DNA from: Patescibacteria group bacterium
GTDB taxonomy: Bacteria > Patescibacteriota > Minisyncoccia > Phycocordibacterales > EsbW-18
Assembly: GCA_038063815.1 (NCBI GenBank)
Contig: JBBTUJ010000002.1
Span: 6,511 to 70,510 of the forward strand
Direction of reading: 5' to 3'
DNA: 64,000 nucleotides
Shown here: positions 44,745 through 54,829 of the stretch, in pieces
Layout of the letters: every line of letters begins with the position of its first letter
How positions within the stretch are numbered: the first letter of the stretch is position 1
Program-made: the position numbers and the translations under genes
The notes under the pieces: generated by a model
What the model was told of the DNA's origin: nothing
Databases searched by the model: none
What the model saw: the letters and a program-made list of their open reading frames with translations, nothing else

Positions 44745-46409
44745 ATGCTTCCTGCAATTTGTGATTTTGAAGGTGCCCATTGGTTGCTGTTTTCTGGCAA
44801 CGTTCCACCGCTTGTCTACTATTCTCACTTCTCAGTTCTGATTTTGTCCCTTGCCCTTGCTGTTTTTATATACATGAGCAATAAGGCTCGACTACAGAAT
44901 AAGATTTTTGCAGGAACTCTTGTTTTATTTGCCGCATGGGTATTTTTGGACTCTATTTTTTGGGCGACAAATCGAAGCGATGTGATTATGTTCGCGTGGG
45001 CAACGATTATTTTAATCGAACCACTTATTTATGCGGGTTCAGTATATTTCTTATATGTAGCAAGCCACGGGATAGATATGCCACTAAGAGGAAAGATTTT
45101 TATTGCCGTACTTCTTCTTCCGATCATGCTCGCGGCCTCAACGGATTACACACTTTCAGGGTTTAACCTAACAACCTGTCTAAGTGAAGAAGGTTTTTTT
45201 GCCGTTCAGTACATTTATCCCCTCGAACTCATCCTTACTCTCACGGCTATAGTTATTGGGTTGGGAGCAGCAAAAAGAGCGAAAGATCCTGCAGATAAAA
45301 AACGAGTTCGCTTGTTAACAGTGGGGATTTTCTGCTTCCTCCTTGCATTTGGATGGGGGAATATTACGGGCAGTTTTACTGAAAACTGGCAACTAGGTCA
45401 GTTTGGTCTGATCGGAATGCCCATTGCTGCTATTTTCCTCGCATATGCAATTGTGCAATATCAAGCATTTCAAATAAAAGTTGCTGCTACGAACATACTT
45501 GTTGCGGCGTTATGGATACTTCTTTTATCTCTTCTCTTCATCAATAACCTTTCTATAATGCGTGTCATTGTGGCAGTGACATTTTTTGCGTCGCTGCCCC
45601 TCGGGGTTCTTTTGGTGAGGAGTGTTAAAAGGGTTCATCAACAAGCAGAAGAGTTGCAGGTTGCGAACGAGAAGCTTCAGGAGGAGGAAAAATTCCAATC
45701 AGAACTTCTTTCGGTCGCATCGCACCAGCTCAAAGGTCCTCTTGCGAATGTCATCGGATACAGCCAGAGTATTCTTGATGGTGATACTGGAGAGGTTCTC
45801 CCTGATACACAAAAGGCCGTTCACATCTCTCTCACAGCGGCGACAGGGGCTGTTTCGATGGTTGATGAATTCTTGAGTTTGGGACGCATCAAGCGGGGGG
45901 CGATGTTTTATGAGATGCAGGAGTGCGATACGAAGAAAATTGTCACCCAGACGCTCTTTGAGTTGCAGTTGGTTGCGGAAGTAAGGGGATTGAAGCTTTC
46001 CTCAAAGATTTCTGAAACGGATAATTTGAAGGTCGTTGCGGACGCATCCCGTCTGAAACAAGTTTTCTATATCCTTGTTGATAATGCAATCAAATACACG
46101 CCTACCGGATCAATCGAGGTGTCTCTCTCGCGAACACAAGATGCGATTGTATTTTCCGTGAAAGATACAGGGGTCGGTATCAATGATGAGGACAAGAAAC
46201 GTCTCTTTACCAAATTCGGTCGTGGAAAGGAATCATTCAAGACGAACGTGGCATCGAGCGGTCTTGGATTGTATCTCGCGAAAGAATTTGTTGCTGCACA
46301 TGGTGGCGACATCGGCGTTGAATCAGAAGGACAGCCGGGGAAGGGCTCGACGTTTTACGTAAAGATCCCGACGAATATACAGCCGGGAACAATTGGAAAC
46401 AAGGGATAA
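44745..46409 (+). CDS. Membrane sensor histidine kinase with multi-TM N-terminus
   Basis: About 9 TM, SHQLKGPL (H box), LVDNAIKYT, DTGVGI, SGLGLY, GKGSTF. Confidence 0.93.
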   Translation: MLPAICDFEGAHWLLFSGNVPPLVYYSHFSVLILSLALAVFIYMSNKARLQNKIFAGTLVLFAAWVFLDSIFWATNRSDVIMFAWATIILIEPLIYAGSVYFLYVASHGIDMPLRGKIFIAVLLLPIMLAASTDYTLSGFNLTTCLSEEGFFAVQYIYPLELILTLTAIVIGLGAAKRAKDPADKKRVRLLTVGIFCFLLAFGWGNITGSFTENWQLGQFGLIGMPIAAIFLAYAIVQYQAFQIKVAATNILVAALWILLLSLLFINNLSIMRVIVAVTFFASLPLGVLLVRSVKRVHQQAEELQVANEKLQEEEKFQSELLSVASHQLKGPLANVIGYSQSILDGDTGEVLPDTQKAVHISLTAATGAVSMVDEFLSLGRIKRGAMFYEMQECDTKKIVTQTLFELQLVAEVRGLKLSSKISETDNLKVVADASRLKQVFYILVDNAIKYTPTGSIEVSLSRTQDAIVFSVKDTGVGINDEDKKRLFTKFGRGKESFKTNVASSGLGLYLAKEFVAAHGGDIGVESEGQPGKGSTFYVKIPTNIQPGTIGNKG

Positions 46410-46411
46410 AT

Positions 46412-46816
46412 ATGACCCAGGATAAAAGCACTTCTTTTGTAGAAGTTAGAATCAGTAAGAAACATGGTAATGGATTGTTTGTCTTAAAAGATTTCTCGTC
46501 AGGGGAGAGGGTGTACTCTTTTTCTAAAGGTAGAATCGTTGGTCAAGGCGGGCTTAAAGATTTGTCTGCGGAGGAAAAAATGTACCTTGATAAAATAGGA
46601 GAAAATACATACGAAATTATCGAACCACCCGCACGTTACACCAACCACTCCTGTGAACCGAATATTCAAGAAAAAGAGAGGACAGGATACGCCTTGCGAG
46701 ATATTAAGATAGGTGAAGAACTTACCATCAATTATGATGAAGTTGCATATCTCGAAAAACCATTTAAATGCAGATGTGACTCCAGGAGGTGCAGAGGACT
46801 AGTTCGGGGAAAATAA
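46412..46816 (+). CDS. SET-domain protein with post-SET zinc motif
   Basis: HGNGLF, RYTNHSCEPN, ALRDIKIGEELTINY, CRCDSRRCRG. Confidence 0.92.
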   Translation: MTQDKSTSFVEVRISKKHGNGLFVLKDFSSGERVYSFSKGRIVGQGGLKDLSAEEKMYLDKIGENTYEIIEPPARYTNHSCEPNIQEKERTGYALRDIKIGEELTINYDEVAYLEKPFKCRCDSRRCRGLVRGK

Positions 46817-46817
46817 T

Positions 46818-47219
46818 TTATTTCTTCGTGCCACTCTCAAGGAGGTCAAATATCTCCTCCATTACTTCTGATGGGACATGCGTTGCTTTGATGATGTATC
46901 GGTCAATCGGATACTCGCGTGATTTCTCGATATAGGTGGGATCGCTTTTATTCGTCAAAAAGACCACATATGCGTGTTCGGTGAGGCCGCGCTTTTTCAA
47001 TTCTTCGACGAGTTCAAACCCGTTCATCCCAGGCATATCGATATCAAGAACAAATGTGTCCGGTTTATATCCAGTATCAATCTTTGCCAAAGCGGCCTGC
47101 GCACTCGTCACCGTTTCAACATCAATGTTGTAGCGTTTCGCTTTTTGGGCGTAGAGATTAAGAAAAAACTGGTCGTCGTCAACGAAAAGGAGAGTGTGGC
47201 GTTTTCCTGAAGGAGGCAT
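46818..47219 (-). CDS. Single-domain response regulator (receiver)
   Basis: FVDDD, LDIDMPGMNG, LTN, IIKA. Confidence 0.9.
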   Translation of the reverse strand: MPPSGKRHTLLFVDDDQFFLNLYAQKAKRYNIDVETVTSAQAALAKIDTGYKPDTFVLDIDMPGMNGFELVEELKKRGLTEHAYVVFLTNKSDPTYIEKSREYPIDRYIIKATHVPSEVMEEIFDLLESGTKK

Positions 47220-47375
47220 GGAGACAGATGTTAGGTTATAGCTTTTAGGTGATAGGTCTTGGAACAAGCAAATATAGAGAAAAGTATATCATACGGCTAT
47301 CCTTTGCACTTACAGCGATTGCTCTCTATACTATTTCTATACACCGAAAGCTACAAGCTATAACCTAGTTTTTAC

Positions 47376-48017
47376 ATGCACATAATGAAACAGGCACGTT
47401 TGGATCAGCTTGCAGACGGCATCTTCGCAATCGTCATGACGCTTTTGGCGATTGAGATTCACGTGCCGTTTCTCACTGGCACGATTACCAATGGGACTCT
47501 CTTACAATCTCTTTTTTCTCTGACGCCTCTTTTTTTGAGTTACGCACTTTCGTTTCTCCTCCTCTTTACCTATTGGCGAGGGCATCACTATATCGCGTCG
47601 GTTCTTGCGCAGAGTATCGACAACCGCCTGACGACCATAAACGCATTCTTTTTTCTGTCAGTCGGCCTTATCCCGTTCTCAACACTTCTTCTCGGACGAT
47701 ACTTCTTTACGCAAACGGCGATCGTTGCATATGGTATCAACATCATTGTAACGGGACTCCTTTTGTATTGGATGCGCCAGTACATCCTTTCTGCCCCGAC
47801 CATTGTGAATCAAGAATTAACACCGACGCTCCTGCAACATGGAACAATCCGGATTCTTTTTCCCGTGGCAGCAGCGATTGTCGCAATCGTCTTGAGTTTT
47901 GTGAGCATACAACTCTCACTCGTTCTCTTCACGCTCTGCATCCTTTTTAATCTTTCAAGCAGAAGCACGACACTCTTCCTTCGATTTTTCCCCAACAGTT
48001 TTCTTCGCAATCTGTAA
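47376..48017 (+). CDS. TMEM175-family potassium channel
   Basis: RLDQLADGIFAIVMTLL, SYALSF..W..HH, IPFST. Confidence 0.9.
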   Translation: MHIMKQARLDQLADGIFAIVMTLLAIEIHVPFLTGTITNGTLLQSLFSLTPLFLSYALSFLLLFTYWRGHHYIASVLAQSIDNRLTTINAFFFLSVGLIPFSTLLLGRYFFTQTAIVAYGINIIVTGLLLYWMRQYILSAPTIVNQELTPTLLQHGTIRILFPVAAAIVAIVLSFVSIQLSLVLFTLCILFNLSSRSTTLFLRFFPNSFLRNL

Positions 48018-48490
48018 TGGAGACGCGAGCAATGTTTGGTGCCGGTTGTTTCTGGGGAGTCGAAGAAGTATTCCGTGTGTTTCCGGGTGTTGTAAAGACA
48101 CGTGTTGGATTTTCGGGTGGCACTGTCAAAGATCCTTCATATGCAAAAGTGTGCGAAGGGAACACGGGACATGCTGAAGTTGTTGAAATAATCTACGACC
48201 CTGGGCAAACAACCTACGAAAAATTACTGGACAGATTCTTTGAGATACACGATCCGACGCAAGTAAATCGACAAGGACCCGATGTGGGGGATCAGTATCG
48301 TTCTGTTATTTTTTACTACACCGCGGAACAAAAAGAGTCCGCAGAGAAATCAAAAGATACTCTTGCGGCATCAGGAAAGTGGCATAACCCTATTGCAACA
48401 GAGATTGCGCCCGCAGGAGAATTCTACGAAGCCGAAGAATATCATCAGCACTATTTTCTGAAAAACGGTGGCGGGACATGTCATGTCTGA
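48017..48490 (+). CDS. msrA: Peptide-methionine (S)-S-oxide reductase
   Basis: GAGCFWGVE, TGHAE, HDPTQVNRQGPDVGDQYRS, AEEYHQ. Confidence 0.97.
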   Translation: METRAMFGAGCFWGVEEVFRVFPGVVKTRVGFSGGTVKDPSYAKVCEGNTGHAEVVEIIYDPGQTTYEKLLDRFFEIHDPTQVNRQGPDVGDQYRSVIFYYTAEQKESAEKSKDTLAASGKWHNPIATEIAPAGEFYEAEEYHQHYFLKNGGGTCHV

Positions 48491-48492
48491 CC

Positions 48493-48520
48493 AACAACGA
48501 ACAACGAACAACGAACAACA
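48493..48520 (+). repeat. Tandem heptamer (AACAACG) x4
   Basis: AACAACG AACAACG AACAACG AACAACA after the msrA stop. Confidence 0.9.
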
Positions 48521-48577
48521 GATAAGACAATAAAAACCTTCTTTGTGCAATAAAATAAGCCAGAAAAGGGTGCTATA

Positions 48578-50026
48578 ATGGCATTTCCTATGAAATTTTT
48601 AACGTGGATAAAAGCACATAAAATCCTTTCTATCCTTGCTGGTCTGCTTATTATCATCATTGGAGCAGGTCTTATTTTTGCTCGTGGAGGCGGAGGGGAC
48701 GAAGAAATTGTTCTCGTGGAAAGGCGAGATGTTATTGAGACCGTTCGGGTGTCAGGAACCGTTGAGGCGGAAATAGTATCCGATGTTGGATTCGAAGCAT
48801 CGGGTGTCATCCGAAACGTATATGTGAAAGTGAACGATACGGTACGACGGGGGACACGGCTCGCTGATCTTGGTATGGGCACGCTTCCCGCACAACTGCA
48901 ATCGGCTGAAGCTGCTCTTGCCATCAAGCGTGCGGAGAGCGCGAACACATCAATCAACTTGAGTGCGATAGAGGAAAAACACGATACGTTTGTGGCGAAC
49001 GCAGAGAGCGAACTCCTTTCCGATGATCTTATCGCAGAGGCGCACAGTAGCACCTATACCATGACACCACCTGTGATAAGTGGGCGTTACGAAGGTCCGC
49101 GGGGGACATACAAGATTCGCATCGACCGGGGCGTTTCAAATGAATATGATCTGTATGTGTTTGACATGGAAAATGTAGAGCCGGTTGAGATTAACAAAAC
49201 CGGTTCGACACCTCTTGGTGAACGTGGGCTTTTTATCAGTTTTCCCGACGGAATTTCGAGCTACGATGACACGACATGGTACATTACGACTCCTAATAAA
49301 AAAGGCAGCTCATATTCAGTGAACGTAAGTGCTTGGGAAGACGCTTTGGCTGAGCGAGAACGTGCACTTAAATCCGCAGAAGAAGAGATTCGTGCCCAAG
49401 GCGCAGGTAGCTCAATCGCTGAAGCACAGCTTCTTCAAGCAGAAGCAGAAGTCGCTCGCATACGGGCTCTCATGGCAGAACGTACGCTTGTAGCACCCTT
49501 CGACGGTATCGTAACTGCGGTTGAGATCGATCCGGGAGAAACAGCCGGCGTTGGCGATTCCGCGATGTCTCTTATCTCCACGACTGGTTTTGGGGTGGAA
49601 GTGGACCTTCCTGAGGTTGATAGTATTCGCGTCAGGTCTGGTAACCCTGCCGAGGTTGTTCTCGACGCTCTTCCTTCCGAACCATTCAGCGCGACAGTCG
49701 TTTCGGTGAACCGAACCGAGACAATCGTCGACGGTGTCTCGGTCTATGAAGCGCGTCTTGCGTTTGGTCTTGAAGATGAGCGGATTATTTCCGGTATGAC
49801 CGCAGATGTTACGATTACTGCGAACAAGAAAGAAAATGTACTCGCACTTCCTGCGCGAGCACTCAAACTCAGTCCCGATGGATCATTCTTTGTGAATGTA
49901 TACAACGGCGATACAAAAGAAATAACCGAAACGCCTGTTACGACCGGTCTTCGTGGAGGAGATGGGTTTGTCGAAATAATCGCGGGACTTGGCGAAGGGG
50001 TGCGGATAGTGGTATCCCACGAATAA
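48578..50026 (+). CDS. Efflux periplasmic adaptor subunit (MacA-like)
   Basis: TM, VSGTVEA..F..SG..V.V..GD-like lipoyl half, APFDGIV, GMTADV, VTTGLRG. Confidence 0.88.
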   Translation: MAFPMKFLTWIKAHKILSILAGLLIIIIGAGLIFARGGGGDEEIVLVERRDVIETVRVSGTVEAEIVSDVGFEASGVIRNVYVKVNDTVRRGTRLADLGMGTLPAQLQSAEAALAIKRAESANTSINLSAIEEKHDTFVANAESELLSDDLIAEAHSSTYTMTPPVISGRYEGPRGTYKIRIDRGVSNEYDLYVFDMENVEPVEINKTGSTPLGERGLFISFPDGISSYDDTTWYITTPNKKGSSYSVNVSAWEDALAERERALKSAEEEIRAQGAGSSIAEAQLLQAEAEVARIRALMAERTLVAPFDGIVTAVEIDPGETAGVGDSAMSLISTTGFGVEVDLPEVDSIRVRSGNPAEVVLDALPSEPFSATVVSVNRTETIVDGVSVYEARLAFGLEDERIISGMTADVTITANKKENVLALPARALKLSPDGSFFVNVYNGDTKEITETPVTTGLRGGDGFVEIIAGLGEGVRIVVSHE

Positions 50027-50035
50027 TTTTTGTAT

Positions 50036-51292
50036 ATGAAAGACGCACTGCGTGTAGGGCTCATGCTCGGCTGGAAACAGCTACGGCACGCGAGTATCTG
50101 GACGACGATGCTCATCACCTTCGTCATGATGTTGACGTTTTTGAACCTGGTTGCCGTCTCCGGTATTCTCGTCGGACTCATCGAGGGGTCGGTCAAGGCA
50201 TACAGCGATCAGTTCACGGGAGATATTTTTATTACGACGCTTCAGGGTGAGAAGCACATCGAGAAGTCGGGTGATTTGCTCTCGACGATGGCGACCATCC
50301 CCGGCGTTGATGCTTACACAGCCCGCTACACTGAAGGGGTAACAATTGAAGCAAATTATCGCGAACGCCGCGATCCAAAAGCACTCCGCGACACTGTTGG
50401 TACCACAATCGTAGGGCTTGATCCCGAGGCAGAAGAGGTGGTGACGAATCTCTCGCGGCATCTTGTTGAGGGAGAATATCTCACTCCAAATGACGCAAGC
50501 TACGTCATGCTCGGGGCAACACTGCTTGAACAGTACTCACCACTCGGGCAAGGGGATGATGTCGGATTCCCGACGCTCTCGGATGTTCATCCAGGGACAC
50601 GGGTTCGTGTCACTGTGGGAGACGCAACGAAGGAATATATTGTGAAGGGGATTCTAAAGACGAAGGTGGATGAGATTTCGCGTCGTATTTTTGTTACCGA
50701 CAGCGAATTTGTTCGTCTTGCGGGACGCACGAATTTGAACGTGAACGAGATGGCGATTCGTGTTGAAAAGGACACTCCCGCTTCACGGGTTAAACAATCA
50801 CTCATCGCGAGTGGTGCTTCTGAATATGCGCTCGTCCGCCTTTCCCGCGAAGGTCTGCCAAAGTTCTTAATCGATGTCATGAATACATTCGCGCTCCTCG
50901 GGAACGGCATTAGCTCGATTGGTCTCGTTGTCTCATCGATTACGATTTTTATCGTTGTGTTCGTGAATGCGATCACGAGGCGGAAGTACATCGGAATCCT
51001 GAAAGGTATTGGTGTACGTGCGTCCGCGATCGAACTCTCATATGTCTTTCAGTCGCTTCTCTATGTTCTCGCCGGCTCCGCTCTCGCGCTTATCATTATT
51101 TATGGGCTCCTTGTTCCTTTTTTCAATTCGCACCCCATCGATTTCCCATTTTCTGATGGCATTCTGGTGGCACCGCTTGGAAGTACTCTCATCAAACTCG
51201 TAATCCTCATTGTTGCAACGGTCATCGCTGGGTACATTCCTGCGTGGATGATTATCAAACGCAATACGCTTGACTCGATTTTAGGACGCTAA
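50036..51292 (+). CDS. ABC transporter permease (FtsX/MacB/LolE family)
   Basis: 1+3 TM topology, RRKYIGILKGIG, GYIPA. Confidence 0.9.
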   Translation: MKDALRVGLMLGWKQLRHASIWTTMLITFVMMLTFLNLVAVSGILVGLIEGSVKAYSDQFTGDIFITTLQGEKHIEKSGDLLSTMATIPGVDAYTARYTEGVTIEANYRERRDPKALRDTVGTTIVGLDPEAEEVVTNLSRHLVEGEYLTPNDASYVMLGATLLEQYSPLGQGDDVGFPTLSDVHPGTRVRVTVGDATKEYIVKGILKTKVDEISRRIFVTDSEFVRLAGRTNLNVNEMAIRVEKDTPASRVKQSLIASGASEYALVRLSREGLPKFLIDVMNTFALLGNGISSIGLVVSSITIFIVVFVNAITRRKYIGILKGIGVRASAIELSYVFQSLLYVLAGSALALIIIYGLLVPFFNSHPIDFPFSDGILVAPLGSTLIKLVILIVATVIAGYIPAWMIIKRNTLDSILGR

Positions 51293-51296
51293 CTCT

Positions 51297-51995
51297 ATGA
51301 TCGAAGTAAAAAATCTTGTAAAGAATTATGGAAAAGGAGACGTGGTGACGCACGTTCTCCGCAACATAAACCTCCGTATCAAAGCCGGGGAATTCGTTGC
51401 AATCATGGGAAAATCGGGTGCAGGCAAATCGACGCTCATGTACCAAATGAGTTTACTTGATGTACCAACATCAGGGACGGTGACATTGGATGGTATTGAG
51501 ACCGCAGGGCTCTCCGAGGCAGATCGAACACTTTTTCGCTTAAACCGCCTCGGATACATCTTCCAGGACTACGCTCTTTTGCCGGAACTTTCTGCTGCTG
51601 AAAATGTTATGGTGCCACTTCTTATGACAGGAATGTCGCGCGCAGAAGGAATGACAAAAGCAATGAGGGCGCTTGATGCGGTTGGGCTTGGCCATCGTCT
51701 CGACAATCGTCCTGCACAACTCTCCGGTGGCGAACAGCAAAGGGTCTCGATTGCGCGCGCGATCGCGGAGAAGCCGGACATCCTTTTTGCCGACGAGCCA
51801 ACGGCGAACCTGGATTCCGTCTCCGGCGAAGCGGTCATAAAAGTTATGCAGGAGTTGCATCAAAAACAAGGACAGACGATCGTTATGGTCACCCATGAAG
51901 ATGAATATGCCGCAGCTGCGGACCGCATCATCCACCTTGAAGATGGTGTCATTGTGAGCGATACAACGGTCAATGGGCGCGAGGGAGCGAAATAG
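51297..51995 (+). CDS. ABC transporter ATP-binding protein (LolD/MacB-like)
   Basis: GKSGAGKST, LSGGEQQRV, ADEPTANLD, VTH. Confidence 0.95.
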   Translation: MIEVKNLVKNYGKGDVVTHVLRNINLRIKAGEFVAIMGKSGAGKSTLMYQMSLLDVPTSGTVTLDGIETAGLSEADRTLFRLNRLGYIFQDYALLPELSAAENVMVPLLMTGMSRAEGMTKAMRALDAVGLGHRLDNRPAQLSGGEQQRVSIARAIAEKPDILFADEPTANLDSVSGEAVIKVMQELHQKQGQTIVMVTHEDEYAAAADRIIHLEDGVIVSDTTVNGREGAK

Positions 51996-52695
51996 TCACT
52001 TTTGTCCCAACGCCCGGTTTACTTGCAAGTGTTAGCCGTCCGTTATGTTGTTGTGCGATAGCTGCTGCAATTGGAAGTCCCAGTCCTGAGCCCGGGATGG
52101 TGTATCGGACCATCTCGCTCCGATATAAGGGCTCGAGAACCCTTTTGTGTTCGTGTGAGGGAATACCGATACCATTGTCTTCAACAACAACCACACACCG
52201 TTGTGGTGTAGCGGAGAGCGTAAGCGCAATCATGCGATTTCCCGCCTGCTGATGCATATATTTAATACTGTTCTCGACGAGCGTCATCAAAAGTTCTTCA
52301 ATCTGATGCGGTACGGCGCATATCATTACATTCGGTGTTGTATGAACCGTAACGCTTATGCCGTGTGTGAGCGCTTCATCTTGGATATACCGCGATACAT
52401 TTTTTACGATACAGCTCGCACACACTTTTTTTCGCGTCTGTTTTTCTTTTTCATCTACAAGTCGCCGGAGACGCAGTGCGTCATAGACAAGCAAGGACAT
52501 ATTCTCAAGAACACTCTCGCATACGATGAGACGTTCCTGATTAGGAACGTCTTTCTTTAAAAGTGAAATCTCACCTTTGACGATGGTGAGCGGTGTTTGC
52601 AAACTATGCGCGATCGTCCCAAGAACAACAGCGCACTCTTTGCACATGCATGCATTCGAAGTCGTGGTTGGCTGTGTCTCCGAAGCGTCTCTCAT
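51970..52695 (-). CDS. Cytoplasmic histidine kinase without sensor domain
   Basis: AHSLQTPLT, LVENSIKY, DNGIGIP, GSGLGL, GVGT. Confidence 0.85.
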   Translation of the reverse strand: MRDASETQPTTTSNACMCKECAVVLGTIAHSLQTPLTIVKGEISLLKKDVPNQERLIVCESVLENMSLLVYDALRLRRLVDEKEKQTRKKVCASCIVKNVSRYIQDEALTHGISVTVHTTPNVMICAVPHQIEELLMTLVENSIKYMHQQAGNRMIALTLSATPQRCVVVVEDNGIGIPSHEHKRVLEPLYRSEMVRYTIPGSGLGLPIAAAIAQQHNGRLTLASKPGVGTKVTISLPRAH

Positions 52696-52700
52696 GGTGG

Positions 52701-53375
52701 TTATGGTACTGCCGCTATCTTATATCCTGATCCTGGTACGGTATGAATGAGCTTGCGTGTTCGGGTACGTTCGATTTTCCGTCGCAAGGTCATCACGTGT
52801 GCTTCGATCGTATTTGAGAACGGATCAACTGACATGTCCCACACGTGCTCCAAGATCTTTGCGCGGGAAACGACCGCATCTCTATTTCGCATAAGATATT
52901 CAAGGAGCATATATTCTTTCTTCGTGAGCAAAATACGTTTTCCAGCACGCTCCACCTTTTGTTCACGTGTCGAAAGAGTAAGATCGTCAATCGAAAGTGT
53001 GTCACCTTGAATCCCGTGTGGACGACGCAAAAGCGCACGTGCTCGTGCGCGAACTTCGTCGAGACAAAACGGCTTTGTGAGGTAGTCATCAGCACCAGCA
53101 TTCAAAAGGTTGATCTTTGTTGTTGTATCGCCACGGACGGAGAGAGACAAGATGGGTGTCATCGTTCCATGTGCGCGGATATCCTTACACACAAAAAGGC
53201 CCTCCTTTTTGGGGAGGACGTTATCAAGGATGATAAGGTCGTATTCGTTGGTCTTGGCGAGAAAGGCACCTCGCTCGCCATCTTCGGCGGTTTCGACTAT
53301 GAGACACTCGCATTCGAGGCCTTTTTTGAGGACTTCTGCGATGTCTGGGTTATCTTCTATAACGAGTGCGCGCAT
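52701..53375 (-). CDS. OmpR-family response regulator
   Basis: IEDN, IILDNVLP, GADDYLTKPF, LTKKEYMLL, LRRKIE, IHTVPGSGY. Confidence 0.93.
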   Translation of the reverse strand: MRALVIEDNPDIAEVLKKGLECECLIVETAEDGERGAFLAKTNEYDLIILDNVLPKKEGLFVCKDIRAHGTMTPILSLSVRGDTTTKINLLNAGADDYLTKPFCLDEVRARARALLRRPHGIQGDTLSIDDLTLSTREQKVERAGKRILLTKKEYMLLEYLMRNRDAVVSRAKILEHVWDMSVDPFSNTIEAHVMTLRRKIERTRTRKLIHTVPGSGYKIAAVP

Positions 53376-53495
53376 ATCCCTTTGTGCGGTCTTTATACTC
53401 CTCGTTTTTTGACTTGTAAAGGACGACTTCATAAAGATTTTATCTTGGGTTTTGAGATGGCTCTGCCCTCAAATGCAGGTTAAAATGAAGGCGTA

Positions 53496-54773
53496 ATGGC
53501 TGAAAAAACAAAAAAGCACCACGTGATCATTGTCGGTATGGGTTTTGCAGGGTACCAAGCGTATCGGACGCTCCATGATCTTTTGCGGGAAGAAGACAAT
53601 GTTGAAATCACCGCGATCGACAGCAGTGATTCATTTGTGTTCATCCCGATGATCCACGAAGTTGCAACAGGGCTTTTGATGCCTGACTCAATCACGCACC
53701 ACCTTCGAGATACACCCCAACGGTTTGCACGAGACATAATCGAGGGCAAGGTTCTTTCTCTTGATGCTGATGCAAAAACACTTACGATCGCGCGGGCGGA
53801 AGGATTTACCGACACCCTTTCCTACGACACGCTTGTCCTTGCGATGGGGTCCCGGATTAATTTCTTCGGTGTTCCTGGAGCAGAGGAACACGCGTTTCCT
53901 CTGAACACACTTCCTGATGCGAAGAAAATAAAGAATCGCTTGATTGAGATGTTTGATATGGCGGATGCAACAACGGATCCTGCGGAGAGGAAAGAACTAC
54001 TTCGGTTTGTTGTTGTCGGTGCAGGTGCAACGGGAGTTGAGCTTACGGGGGAAATTGCGGACGCACTTTCAAAGGAATTGCGGGATCTTTTTCCTCATCT
54101 CCACGAGCACGCGGAAGTGGTGCTTATTGATCGCGGGACACAACTTCTTTCTCAAATGGACGAATGGTTTGGAGAGAAGGTGATGCGCATTCTTGAGAAA
54201 AAAAAGAACGTGAAGATCATTCTCGAAGCGGGGGCAGAAAAAATCATTCCCGAAGGAATTACAACAAACAAGGGGTTTTTTGCATCGCGTACTGTTCTGT
54301 GGTGCGCAGGTATTGTTTCTACCTCTCTCCCCATGTCTTCTGCCCAAACGATTCCTATAGATGAACGGACAAAACGAATTATTGTGACCCCCGAACTTTT
54401 TGTAGAAACCAAACCAGATATCTTTGTTGTTGGAGACCAAGCAGAGATTGTGAATCCCAAAACAGGGAAGCCATACGGCATGCGTGCCCAGTTTGCCGTT
54501 CGCGAGGGACGAACTGCGGCGAGGAACATTATTGCGCGACTTCGAGGAAAACGGCTCTCGTCGTTCTCGTGGCAAGAGCACGGAATCATTTTGTCACTTG
54601 GGCGAGGCGGTGCGCTCGCAAAAGTCTTTGGGTTCAAATTCTCTGGATTTATTGCATGGCTCATATTTCACACCGCATACCTGACCGCGCTTGTCGGCGT
54701 TCGTGCAAAATGTCGCACCGCGCTTGAATGGGTGCTTGACCTTTTCTCTCCGCGTGATTTTTCGAAGGTGTAA
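53496..54773 (+). CDS. ndh: Type II NADH dehydrogenase (NAD(P)/FAD-dependent oxidoreductase)
   Basis: IVGMGFAG, YDTLVLAMGS, VVGAGATGVELTGE, WCAGI, FVVGD, AQFAVREG. Confidence 0.88.
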   Translation: MAEKTKKHHVIIVGMGFAGYQAYRTLHDLLREEDNVEITAIDSSDSFVFIPMIHEVATGLLMPDSITHHLRDTPQRFARDIIEGKVLSLDADAKTLTIARAEGFTDTLSYDTLVLAMGSRINFFGVPGAEEHAFPLNTLPDAKKIKNRLIEMFDMADATTDPAERKELLRFVVVGAGATGVELTGEIADALSKELRDLFPHLHEHAEVVLIDRGTQLLSQMDEWFGEKVMRILEKKKNVKIILEAGAEKIIPEGITTNKGFFASRTVLWCAGIVSTSLPMSSAQTIPIDERTKRIIVTPELFVETKPDIFVVGDQAEIVNPKTGKPYGMRAQFAVREGRTAARNIIARLRGKRLSSFSWQEHGIILSLGRGGALAKVFGFKFSGFIAWLIFHTAYLTALVGVRAKCRTALEWVLDLFSPRDFSKV

Positions 54774-54829
54774 GAGGGCAATTTTTGTGGTAAAATCTTT
54801 GCAGAGCAGTTTTTCGAAGGAGGTTGCTT

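Noticed and set aside
47259-47265. Minus-strand GTTCCAA as another junction motif
   Set aside because: Lacks ATCG and CAACT parts, does not follow a stop codon, and runs into a heptamer array
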